In this document: positions 44,701-60,054 of the stretch, in pieces
Layout: each line of letters opens with the position of its first letter
How positions within the stretch are numbered: position 1 is the first letter of the stretch
DNA from: the human T2T-CHM13v2.0 reference genome, Homo sapiens
Assembly (NCBI GenBank): GCA_009914755.4
Contig: CP068257.2
Location: 7,712,001 to 7,776,000, forward strand
Length of the DNA: 64,000 bases
Direction of reading: 5' to 3'
Translations under genes and position numbers: made by a program
Notes under the pieces: generated by a model
Told to the model about the DNA's origin: nothing
Database searches by the model: none
What the model saw: the letters and a program-made list of their open reading frames with translations, nothing else

Positions 44701-47700
44701 GTACAGTTTATTATAAATTTCTGGGTACTTTCATAATTTATGTACAGTATATTATACATATTTAGGGTACTTTGATATTTTATGTACAGTATATAGTACA
44801 TACTTTGGGTATTTTGATATTTTATGTGCAGCATATAGTATATATTTGGTGTACTTTCAGATTTTATGTACAGAATATAATATATATTTGATGTACCTTC
44901 ATATTTTATGTACAGTATATAATATATACTTTGGGTACTTTGATATTTTATGTACCGTATATAATATACAGTTTGGGTACTTTGATATTTTATGTACAGT
45001 ATATAATATATAGTTTGAGTACTTTGTTATTTTATATACAGTTTATTATAAATGTTGGGGTACTTTCATAATTTATGTACAGTATATTATACATATTTTG
45101 GGTACTTTGTTATTTTATGTACAGTATATAATATATATTTGGTGTAATGTGATATTTTTTGTACAGTAAGTAATACATACTTTGGGTACTTTGATATTTT
45201 ATGTACAGTATATAATATATATTTTGTGTACTTTGATATTTTATGTACAGTATATAATATACAGTTTGGGTACTTTGATATTTTATGTACAGTATATAAT
45301 ATATAGTTTGAGTACCTTGTTTTTTTATGTACAGTTTATTATAAATGTTTGGGTACTTTCATAATTTATGTACAGTATATTATACATATTTTTGTACTTT
45401 GATATTTTATGTACAGTAGATAATATATATTTGGTTTAATGTGATATTTTATGTACAGAATACTATATATATTTGATTTACCTTCATATTTTAGGTACAG
45501 TATATAATATATACTTTGGGTACTTTGATATTTTATGTACAGTATATAATATATATTTTCGTACTTTGATATTTTATGTGCAGCATATAATATACAGTTT
45601 GGGTACTTTGATATTTTATGTACAGTATATAATATATAGTGTGAGTACTTTGTTATTTTATGTACAGTTTATTATAAATGTTTGGGTACTTTCATAATTT
45701 ATGTACAGTATATTATACATACTTTGGGTTCTTTGATATTTTATGTACTGTATATAATATATATTTCTTATAATGTGATATTTTATGTACAGAATAATAT
45801 ATATATTTGATGTACCTTCATATTTTATGTACAGTGTATAATATATATTTTGGGTACTCTGATATTTTATGTACAGTATATAATATATATTTGATGTACC
45901 TTCATATTTTATGTACAGAACTTATATATTTTGGATACTTTGATATTTTATGTACAGTATATAATATACAGTTTGGGTACTTTGATATTTTATTTACTGT
46001 AGAGAATATATAGTTTGAGTACTTTGTTATTTTATGTACAGTTTATTATAAATGTTTGGGTACTTTCATAATTTATGTACAGTATATTATACATATTTTG
46101 GGTACTTTGATATTTTATGTACAGTTTATAATACATACTTTGGGTAATTTAATATTTTATGTACAGTATGTAATATATATTTCGTGTAATTTGATATTTT
46201 ATGTACAGTATATAATACATACTTTGGGTACTTTTATATTTTATATACAGTATATAATATATATTTTGGGTAGTTTGATATTTTATGTACAGTATATAAT
46301 ACTCAGTTTGGGTACTTTGATATTTTATTTACAGTGTATAATATATAGTTTGAGTACTTTGTTATTTTATGTACAGTTTACTATAAATTTCTGGGTACTT
46401 TCATAATTTATGTACAGTATATTATACATATTTAGGGTACTTTGATAGTTTATGTACAGTATATAGTACATACTTTGGGTACTTTGATATTTTATGTGCA
46501 GCATAGAGTATATATTTGGAGTTCTTTCAGATTTTATGTACAGAATATAATATATATTTGATGTACCTTCATATTTTATGTACAGTATATAATATATACT
46601 TTGGGTACTTTGATATTTTATGTACAGTATATAATATACAGTTTGGGTACTTTGATATTTTATGTACTGTATAGAATATATAGTTTGCGTACTTTGTTAT
46701 TTTATGTACAGTTTATTATAAATATTTGGGTATTTTCGTAATTTATGTTCAGTATACTATGCATATTTTGGGTACTTTGATATTTTATGTACAGTATATA
46801 ATATATATTTGGTGTAATGTGATATTTTATGTACAGAATAATATATTTATTTGATGTACCTTCATATTTTATGTACAGTATGTAATATATACTTTGGGTA
46901 CTTTGATATTTTATGTACAGTATATAATATATACTTTGCGTACTTTGATATTTTATGTTCAGCGTATAATATACAGTTTGGGTACTTTGATATTTTATGT
47001 ACAGTATATAATATACAGTTTGGGTAGTTTGTTATTTTATGTACAGTTTATTATAAATGCTTGGGTACTTTCATAATTTATGTAGAGTATATTATAAATA
47101 TTTTGTGTACTTTGATATTTTATGTATAGTATATAATACATACTTTGGGTAATTTGATATTTTATGTACAGTATATAATATATATTCGGTGTAATTTGAT
47201 ATTTTATGTACAGTATATAATACATACTTTGGGTACTTTGATATTTTTTGTGCAGCATATAACATATATTTTGTGTACTTTCAGATTTTATTTACAGAAT
47301 ATAATATATATTTTATGTACCTTCATATTTTATGTACAGTATATAATATATATTTTGGTGACCTTAATATATTATGTATAGTATATAATATATATTTGGG
47401 TGACTTTAATATATTATGTACAGTATATAATATATTTTGGTGTACTTTGATATTTTATGTACAGAATATAATATATATTTGATGTACCTTCATATTTTAT
47501 GTACATTATATAATATACATTTGGGGGACCTTAATATATTATGTACAGTATATAATATATATTTGGGCGACTTTAATATATTATGTACAGTATATATTTT
47601 GGTGTACTTTGATATTTTATGTACAGTATATAATATATATTTGATGTACCTTCATATTTTATGTACAGTACATAATATATATTATGGGTACTTTGATATT

Positions 47701-50700
47701 TTATGTACAGTATATAATATACAGATTGGGAACTTTGATATTTTATGAACAGTATATGATATATAGTTTGAGTACTTTGTTATTTTATGTAGTTTATTTG
47801 AAATATTTGGGTACTTTCATAATTTAGGTACAGTATATTATACATATTTTGTGTACTTTGATATTGTATGTACAGTATATAATACATACTTTGGGTACTT
47901 AGATATTTTATGTGCAGCATATAACATATATTTGGTGTACTTTCATATTTTATGTACAGAATATAATATATATTTGATGTACCTTCATATTTTATGTACA
48001 GTATATAATATATATTTGGGCGAACTTAATATATTACGTACAGTATATAATATATATTTGGGTGACTTTAATATATTATGTAGAGTATATAATATATTTT
48101 GGTGTACTTTGATAATTTCTGTACAGAATATAATATATACTTGATGTACCTTCATATTTTATGTACAGTATATAATATATATTTCGGATAATTTGATATT
48201 TTATGAACAGTATATAATATAGAGTTTGGTTACTCTGATATTTTATGTACTGTATAGAATATATAGTTTGAGTACTTTGTTATTTTAGGTACAGTTTATT
48301 ATCAATGTTTGGGCACTTTCATAATTTATGTACAGTATATTATACATATTTTGGGTACTTTGATATTTTATGTACAGTATATAATACATACTTTGGGTAA
48401 TTTGATATTTTATGTACAGTATATAATATATATTTGGTGTAGTTTTATATTTTTTGTACAGGAAATAATATATACTTTTGGTACTTTGATATTTTAAGTG
48501 CAGCGTATAATATACAGTTTGGGTACTTTGATATTTTATGTACCGTATATAATATACCGTTAGGGTACTTTGATATTTTATGTACTGTATAGGATATATA
48601 GTTTGGTACTTTGTTATTTTATGTACACTTTATTATAAATGTTTGGGTACTTTCATAATTTATGTACAGTATATTATACATATTTTGGGTACTTTGATAT
48701 TTTATGCACAGTATATAATATATATTTGGTGTAATTTGATATTTTATGTACAGTATATAATAAATAATTTGGGTACTTTGATATTTTATGTACAGTATAA
48801 AATACATACTTTGGGTAATTTGATATTTTATGTACAGTATATAATATATATTTTTCCATACTTTGATATTTTATGTACAGTATATAATATACAGTTTGAG
48901 TACTTTGATATTTTATGTACAGTACATAATATATAGTTTGAGTACTTTGTTATTTTCTGTACAGTTTATTATAAATGTTTGGGTACTTTCATAATTTATA
49001 TACAGGATATTATATATATTTTGTGTACTTTGATATTTTATGTACAGTATATAATGTATATTTGGTGTAATGTGATATTTTATGTACAGAATAATATATA
49101 TATTTGATGTACCTTCCTATTTTATGTACAGTATATAATATATACGTTGGGTACTTTGATATTTTATGTACAGTATATTATATATACTTTGGGTACTTTG
49201 ATATTTTATGTGCAGCGTATAATATACAGTTTGGGTACTTTGATATTTTATGTACAGTGTATAATATACAGTTTGGGTAGTTTGTTATTTTATGTACAGT
49301 TTATTATAAATGTTTGGGTACTTTCATAATTTATGTACAGTATTTTATACATATTTTGGGTACTTTGATATTTTATGTACAGTATATAATACATACTTTG
49401 GGTAATTTGATATTTTATGTGCAGCATATAACATATATTTGGCGTACTTTCAGATTCTATGTACAGAATATAAAATATATTTGATGTAACTTCATATTTT
49501 ATGTACAGTATGTAATATATATTTGGGAGAACTTAATATATTATGTACAGTATATAATATGTATTTGGGTGACTTTAATATATTATGTACAGTATATAAT
49601 ATATTATGGTGTACTTTGATATTTTATGTACAGAATATAATATATATTTGATGTACCTTCATATTTTATGTACAGTACATAATATATGTTTTTGGTACTT
49701 TGATATTTTATGTACAGTATATAATATACAGTTTGGGTACTTTGATATTTTATATACAGTATATAATATATAGTTTGGGTACTTTATTTTATGTACAGTT
49801 TATTATAAATGTTTGTGTACTTTCATAATTTATGTACAGTATATTATACATATTTTGGGTACTTTGATATTTTATGTACAGTATATAATATATATTTGTT
49901 GTAATTTGATATTTTATGTACAGTATATAATACATACTTTGGGTACTTTGATATTTTATGTACAGTATAAAATACATACTTTGGGTAATTTGATATTTTA
50001 TGTACAGTACATTATACATATTTTGGGTACTTTGATATTTTATGTACAGTATATAATATATACTTTGGGTACTTTGGAATTTTATGTGCAGCATATAATA
50101 TACAGTTTGGGTACTTTGATATTTTATGTACAGTATATAATATACAGTTTGGGCAGTTTGTTATTTTATGGACAGTTTATTATAAATGCTTGGGTACTTT
50201 CATAATTTATGTACAGTATATAATACATATTTTGGGTACTTTGATATTTTATGTGCAGCATATAACATATTTGGTGTACTTTCAGATTTTATGTACAGAA
50301 TATAATAAATATTTTATGTACCTTCGTATTTTATGTACAGTATATAATATATATTTGGGAGACCTTAATATATTATGTACAGTATATAACATATATTTGG
50401 GCGACTTTAATATATTATGTACAGTATATAATATATTTTGGTGTACTTTGATATTTTATGTACAGAATATAATATATATTTGATGTACCTTCATATTTTA
50501 TGTACAGTACATAATATATATTTTCGGTACTTTGGTATTTTATGTACACTATATAATATAGAATGTGGGTAATTTGATATTTTATGTACAGTATATAATA
50601 TATACTTTGGGTACTTTGTTATTTTATGTACAGTTTATTATAAATGTTTGGGTACTTTCATAATTTATGTACAGTATATTATACATATTTTGGGTACTTT

Positions 50701-53700
50701 GATATTTTATGTACAGTATATAATATATATTTTGTGTAATTTGATATTTTATGTACAGTATATAATACATACTTTGGGTACTTTGATATTTTATGTACAG
50801 TATAAAATACAAACTTTAGGTAATTTGATATTTTATGTACAGTATATAATATATATTTGGCATAGTTTGATATTTTATCTACAGTATATAATAAATACTT
50901 TGGGTACTTTGATATTTTATGTACAGTATATAATATATAATTTGGGTACTTTGATATTTTATGTACAGTATATAATATACAGTTTGAATACTTTGTTATT
51001 TTATGGACAGTTTATTATAACTGTTTGGATACTTTCATAATTTATATACAGTATATTATATATATTTTGGGTACTTTGATATTTTATGTACAGTATATAA
51101 TATATAGTTTGAGTACTTTGTTATTTTATGTACAGTTTATTATAAATGTTTGGGTACTTTCATAATTTATATACAGTATATTATACATACTTTGGGTACT
51201 TTGATATTTTATGTACAGTATATAATATGTAGTTTGGTTACTTTGATATTTTATGTACAGCATATAATATATATTTTCGGTACTTTGATATTTTATGTAC
51301 AGTATATAATATACAGTTTGAGTACTTTGATATTTTATGTACAGAATATAATATATAGTTTGAGTACTTTGTTATTTTATGTACAGTTTATTATAAATGT
51401 TTGGGTACTTTCATAATTTATATACAGTATATTATACATATTTTGGGTTCTTTGATATTTTATGTACACTATATAATATATATTTGGTGTAATGTGATAT
51501 TTTATGTACAGAATAATATATATATTTGATGTACCTTCATATTTTATGTACAGCATATAATATATACTTTGGGTACTTTGATATTTTATGTACAGTATAT
51601 TATATATACTTTGGGTCCTTTGATATTTTATGTGCAGCATATAATATACAGTTTGGGTACTTTGATATTTTATATACAGTGTATAATATACAGTTTGGGT
51701 AGTTTGTTATTTTATGTACAGTTTATTATAAATATTTGGGTACTTTCATAATTTATGTAGAGTGTATTATACATATTTTGGGTACTTTGATATTTTATGT
51801 ACAGTATATAATACATACATTGGGTACCTTGTTATTTTATGTGCAGCATATAACACATATTTGGTGTACTTCCAGATTTTATGTACAGAAGATAAAATAT
51901 ATTTGATGTACCTTCATATTTTATATACAGTATATAATATATATTTGGGCGACCTTTATATATTATGTACAGTATATATTATATATTTGCGTGACTTTAA
52001 TATATTATGTACAGTATATAATATATTTTGGTGTACTTTGATATTTTATGTACAGAATATAATATATATTTTATGTACCTTCATATTTTATGTACAGTAC
52101 ATAATATACATTTTGGGTAATTTGATATTTTATGTACAGTATATAATATAAAGTTTGGGTACTTTGATATTTTATATACTGTAAAGAATATATAGTTTGA
52201 GTACGTTGATATTTTATGTACAGTTTATTATAAATGTTTGGGTACTTTCATAATTTATGTACAGTATATTATACATATTTTGGGTACTTTGATATTTTAT
52301 GTACAGTATATAATACATACTTTGGGTACTTTGATATTTTATGTGCAGCATATAACATATATTTGGTGTACTTTCAGATTTTATGTACAGAATATAATAT
52401 ATATTTGATGTACCTTCATATTTTATGTACAGTGTATAATATATATTTGGGCGACCTTAATATATTATATACAGTATATAATATCTATTTGGGCAACTTT
52501 AATATATTACGTACAGTATATAATATATTTTGGTGTACTTTGATATTTTATGTAGAGAATATAATATATATTTGATTTACCTTCATATTTTATGTACCAT
52601 GCATAATATATATTTTGGGTACTTTGATATTTTATGTACAGTATATAATATACAGTTTGGGTACTTTGATATTTTATGTACTCTATAGAATATATAGTTT
52701 GAGTACTTTGTTATTTTATGTACAGTTTACTATAAATGTTTGGGTACTTTCATAATTTATGTACAGTATATTATACATAATTTGGGTACTTTGATATTTT
52801 ATGTGCAGCATGTAATATATATTTGGTGTACTTTCAGATTTTATGTACAGAATATAATACATACTTTGGGTACTTTGATATTTTATGAACAGTATATAAT
52901 ATATATTTTGGGTACTTTGATATTTTATGTACAGTATATAATATACAGTTTGGGGACTTTGATATTTTATGTACCGTATATAACATATAGTTTGAGTACT
53001 TTGTTATTTTATGTACAGTGTATTATAAATGTTTGGGTACTTTCATAATTTATGTACAGTATATTATACATATTTTGGGTACTTTGATATTTTATGTACA
53101 GTATATAATACATACTTTGGGTACTTTGATATTTTATGTGCTGCATATAACTTATATTTGGTGTACTTTCAGATTTTATGTACAGAATATAATATATATT
53201 TGATGTACCTTCATATTTTATGTACAGTGTATAATATATATTTGGGCAAACTTAATATACTATGTACAGTATATAATATATATTTGGGCGACTTTAATAT
53301 ATTACGTACAGTATATAATATATTTTGGTGTACTTTGATATTTTATGTACAGAATATAATATGTATTTGATGTACCTTCATATTTTATGTACAGTGCATA
53401 ATATATATTTTGGGTACTTTGATATTTTATGTACAGTATATAAGATACAGTTTGGGTACTTTGATATTTTATGTACTGTATAGAATATATAGTTTGAGTA
53501 CATTGTTATTTTATGTACAATTTATTATAAATGTTTGGGTACTTTCATAATTTATGTACAGTATATTAGACATATTTTGGGTACTTTGATATTTTATGTA
53601 CAGTATATAATATACAGTTTGGGTACTTTGATATTTTATGTGCAGCATGTAATATATATTTGGTGTACTTTCAGATTTTGTTTACAGAATATTATACATA

Positions 53701-56700
53701 CTTTGGGTACTTTGATATTTTATGAACAGTATATAATATATATTTTGGGTACTTTGATATTTTATGTACAGTATATAACATACAGTTTGGGTACTTTGAT
53801 ATTTTATATACAGTATATAATATACAGTTTGAGTACTTTGTTATTTTATGTACAGTTTATTATAAATGTTTGGGTATATTCGTAATTTATGTACAGTATA
53901 TTATGCATATTTTGGGTACTTTGATATTTTATGTACAGTTTATAATATATATTTGGTGTAATGTGATATTTTATGTACAGAATAATATATATATTTGATG
54001 TACCTTCATATTTTATGTACCGTATGTAATATATACTTTGGGTACTTGGATATTTTATGTACAGTATATAATATATACTTTGCGTACTTTGATATTTTAT
54101 GTGCAGCGTATAATATACAGTTTGGGTACTTTGATATTTTATGTACAGTATATAATATACAGTTTGGGTAGTTTGTTATTTTATGTACAGTTTATTATAA
54201 ATGCTTGGGTACTTTCATAATTTATGTACAGTATATTATACATATTTTGGGTACTTTGATATTTTATGTACAGTGTATAATACATACTTTGGGTACTTTG
54301 ATATTTTATGTGCAGCATATAACACATATATGGTGTACTTTCAAATTTTATGTACAGAATATAATATATATTTGATGTACCTTCATATGTTATGTACAGT
54401 ATACAGTATATATTTGGGCGACCTTAATATATTATATAGAGTATATAATATATATTTGGGCGACTTTAATATATTACGTACAGTATATTATATATTTCGG
54501 TGTACTTTGATATTTTATGTACAGAATATACTATATATTTGATGTACCTTCATATATAATGTACAGTACATAATATATATTTTGGAGTGTTTGATATTTT
54601 ATGTACAGTATATAATATCCAGTTTGGGTACTATGATATTTTATGTACTGCATAGAATATATAGTTTGAGTACTTTGTTATTTTATGTACAGTTTACTAT
54701 AAATGTTTGGGTACTTTCATAATTTATGTACAGTATATTATGCATATTTTGGGTACTTTGATATTTTATGTACAGTATATAATACATACTTTGTGTACTT
54801 TGATATTTTATGTGCAGCATATAACATATATTTGGTGTACTTTCAGATTTTATGTACAGAATATAATATATATTTGATGTACCTTCATATTTTATGTACA
54901 GTGTATAATATATATTTGGGCGACCTTAATATATTATGTACAGTATATAATATATATTTTGGCGACTTTAATATATTACATACATTATATAATATATTTT
55001 GGTGTACTTTGATATTTTATGTACAGAATATAATATATATTTGATGAACCTTCATATTCTATGTACAGTGCATAATATATATTTTGGGTAATTTGATATT
55101 TTATGCACAGTATATAATGTACAGTTTGGGTACTTTGATATTTTATGTACTGTATAGAATATATAGTTTGAGTACTTTGTTATTTTATGTACAGTTTACT
55201 TTAAATGTTTGGGTACTTTCATAATTTATGTACAGTATATTATACATATTTTGGGTTCTTTGATATTTTATGTACAGTATATAATACATACTTTGGGTAA
55301 TTTGATATTTTATGTGCAGCATGAAATATATATTTGGTGTACTTTCAGATTTTATGTACAGAATATAATACATACTTTTGGTACTTTAATATTTTAGGAA
55401 CAGTATATAATATATATTTTGGGTACTTTGATATTTTTATGTACAGTATATAATATACAGTTTGGGTACTATGATATTTTATGTACAGTATATAATATAT
55501 AGTTTGAGTACTTTGTTATTTTATGTACAGTTTATTATAAATGTTTGGGTACTTTCATAATTTATGTACAGTATATTATACATATTTTGGGTATTTTGAT
55601 AATTTATGTACAGTATATAATATATATTTAGTGTAATTTGATATTTTATGTACAGTATATAATACATACTTTGGGTACTTTGATATTTTATGTACAGGAT
55701 AAAATACATACTTTGGGTAATTTGATTTTTTATGTACAGTATATAATATATATTTGGCGTAGTTTGATATTTTATGTACAGTATATAATATATATTTGGT
55801 GTAATGTGATATTTTATATAGAGAATAATATGTATATTTGATGTACCTTCATATTTTATGTACAGTATGTAATATATACTTTGAGTACTTTGACATTTTA
55901 TGTACAGTATATAATATATACTTTGGGTACTTTGATATTTTATGTGCAGCGTATAATATACAGTTTGGGTACTTTGATATTTTATGTCCAGTATATAATA
56001 TACAGTTTGGGTCGTTTGTTATGTTATGTACAGTTTATTATAAATGTTTGGGTACTTTCATAATTTATGTACAGTATATTATACATATTTTGGGTACTTT
56101 GATATTTTATGTACAGTATATAATACATACTTTGGGTACTTTGATATTTTATGTGCAGCATATAACATATATTTGGTGTACTTTCAGATTTTATGTACAG
56201 AATATAATATATATTTGATGTACCTTCATATTTTATGTACAGAATATAATATATATTTGGGTGACCTCAATATATTATGTACAGTATATAATATATATTT
56301 GGGTGACCTTAATATATTATATACAGTATATAATATATATTTGGGCGACTTTAATATATTATGTACAGTATATAATATATTTTGGTGTACTTTGATATTT
56401 TATGTACAGAATATAATATATATTTGATATACCTTCATATTTTATGTACAGTGCATAATATATATTTTGGGTACTTTGATATTTTATGTACAGTATATAA
56501 GATACAGTTTGGGTACTTTGATATTTTATGTACTGTATAGAATATATAGTTTGAGTTCTTTGTTATTTTATGTACAGTTTACTAAAAATGTTTGGGTACT
56601 TTCATAATTTATGTACAGTATATTATACATATTTTCGGTACTTTGATATTTTATGTACAGTATATAATACATACTTTGTGTAATTTGATATTTTATGTAC

Positions 56701-59700
56701 AGTATATAATATATATTGGGTGTAATTTGATATTTTATGTACACTATATAATACATACTTTGGGTACTTTGATATTTTATGAACAGTATATAATATATAT
56801 TTTGGGTACTTTGATATTTTATGTACAGTATATAATATATAGTTTGAGCACTTTGTTATTTTATGTACAGTTTATTATAAAAGTTTGGGTACTTTCATAA
56901 TTTATGTATAGTATATTAGACATATTTTGGGTACTTTAATATTTTATGTACAGTATATAATATATATTTGGTGTAATGTGATATTTTATGTACAGAATAA
57001 TATATATATTGGATGTACCTTCATATTTTATGTACAGTACATAATATATATTTTGGGTACTTTGATATTTTATGTACAGTATATAATATAGAGTTTGGGT
57101 ACTTTGATATTTTATGTGCAGCGTATAATATACAGTTTGGGTACTTTGATATTTTATGTACAGTATATAATATACAGTTTGGGTAGTTTGTTATTTTATG
57201 TACAGTTTATTATAAATGTTTGGGTACTTTCATAATTTATGTACAGTATATTATACATATTTTGGGTACTTTGATATTTTATGTACAGTATATGATACAT
57301 ACTTTGGGTACTTTGATATTTTATGGGCAGCATATAACATATATTTGGTGTACTTTCAGATTTTATGTACAGAATATAATATATATTTGATGTACATTCA
57401 TATTTTATGTAAAGTATATAATATATATTTGGGCGACCTTAATATATTATGTACAGTATATAAAATATATTTGGTGTGATGTGATATTTTATGTACAGAA
57501 TAATATATATATTTGATGTACCTTCATATTTTATGTACAGTATGTAATATATACTTTGGGTACTTTGACATTTTATGTACAGTATATAATATATACTTTG
57601 GGAACTTTGATATTTTATGTGCAGCATATAATATACAGTTTGGGTACTTTTATATTTTATGTACAGTATATATTATACAGTTTGGGTAGTCTGTTATTTT
57701 ATGTACAGTTTAGTATAAATGTTTGGGTACTTTCATAATTTATGTACAGTATATTACGCATATTTCGGTACTTTGATATTTTATGTACAGTATATAATAC
57801 ATAATTTGGGTACTTTGATATTTTATGTGCAGCATATAACATATATTTGGTGTACTTTCAGATTTTATGTACAGAATATAATATATATTTGATGTACCTT
57901 CATATTTTATGTACAGTGTATAATATATATTTGGGCGACCTTAATATATTATGTACAGTATATAATATATATTTGGGCGACATTAACATATTATGTACAG
58001 TATATAATATATTTTGGTGTACTTTGATATTTTATGTACAGAATATAATATATATTTGATGTACCTTCATATTTTATGTACAGTACATAATATATATTTT
58101 GGGTACTTTGATATTTTATGTACAGTATATAATATACATTTTGGGAACTTTGATATTTTATGTACTGTATAGAATATATAGTTTGAGCACTTTGTTATTT
58201 TATGTACAGTTTACTATAAATGTTTGGGTACTTTCATAATTTATGTACAGTATATTATACATATTTTGTGTACTTTGATATTTTATGTACAGTATATAAT
58301 ACATACTTTGGGTAATTTGATATTTTATTTACAGTATATAATATATATTGGGTGTAATTTGATATTTTATGTACAGTATATAATACATACTTTGGGTACT
58401 TTGATATTTTATGAACAGTATATAATATATATTTTGGGTACTTTGATATTTTATGTACAGTATATAATATATAGTTTGAGCACTTTGTTATCTTTGTTAT
58501 TTTATGTACAGTTTATTATAAATGTTTGGGTACTTTCATAATTTATGTATAGTATATTAGACATATTTTTGGTACTTTAATATTTTATGTACAGTATATA
58601 ATATATATTTGGTGTAATGTGATATTTTATGTACAGAACAATATATATATTTGATGTACCTTCATATTTTATGTACAGTATGTAATATATACTTTGGGTA
58701 CTTTGATATTTTATGTACAGTATGTAATATATACTTTGGGTACTTTGATATTTTATGTGCAGCGTATAATATACAGTTTGGGTACTTTGATATTTTATGT
58801 GCAGCGTATAATATACAGTTTGGGTACTTTGATATTTTATGTACAGTATATAATATACAGTTTGGGTAGTTTGTTATTTTATGTACAGTTTATTATATAT
58901 ATTTGGGTACTTTCATAATTTATGTACAGTATATTATACATATTTTGGGTACTTTGAAATTTTATGTACAGTATATAATACATACTTTGGGTACTTTGAT
59001 ATTTTATGTGCAGCATATAACATATATTTGGTGTACTTTCAGATTTTATGTACAGAATATAATATATATTTGATGTACCTTCATATTTTATGTACAGTGT
59101 ATAATATATATTTGGGCGACCATAATATATTATGTACAGTATATAATATATATTTGGGCGAGTTTAATATATTACGAACAGTATATATTTCGGTGTACTT
59201 TGATATTTTATGTACAGAATATAATATATATTTGATGTACCTTCATATTTTATGTACCCTATATAATATATACTTTGTGTACTTTGATATTTTCTGTACA
59301 GTATATAATATATACTTTGGGTACTTTGATATTTTATGTACTGTATAGAATATATAGTTTGAGTACTTTGTTATATTATGTACAGTTTATTATAAATGTT
59401 TGGGTACTTTCATAATTTATGTACAGTATATTATACATATTTTGGGTACTTTGATATTTTATGTACAGTATATAATACATACTTTGGGTACTTTGATATT
59501 TTATGGGCAGCATATAACATATATTTGGTGTACTTACGGATTTTATGTACAGAATATAATACATATTTTATGTACCTTCATATTTTATGTACAGTATATA
59601 ATATATATTTGGGCGACCTTAATATATTATGTACAGTATATAATATATATTTGGGTGACTTTAATATATTATGTACAGTATATAATATATTTTGGTGTAC

Positions 59701-60054
59701 TTTGATATTTTATGTACAGAATATAATATATATTTGATGTACCTTAATATTTTATGTACAGTACATAATATATATTTTGGGTACTTTGATATTTTATGTA
59801 CAGTATATAATATATATTTGGTGTAATGTGATATTTTATGTACAGAATAATATATATATTTGATGTACCTTCATATTTTATGTACAGTATATAATATATA
59901 CTTTGGGTACTTTGATATTTTATGTACTGTATATTATATAGACTTTGGGTACTTTGATATTTTATGTGCAGCGTATAATATACAGTTTGGGTACTTTGAT
60001 ATTTTATGTACAGTGTATAATATACAGTTTGGGTAGTTTGATATTTTATGTACA

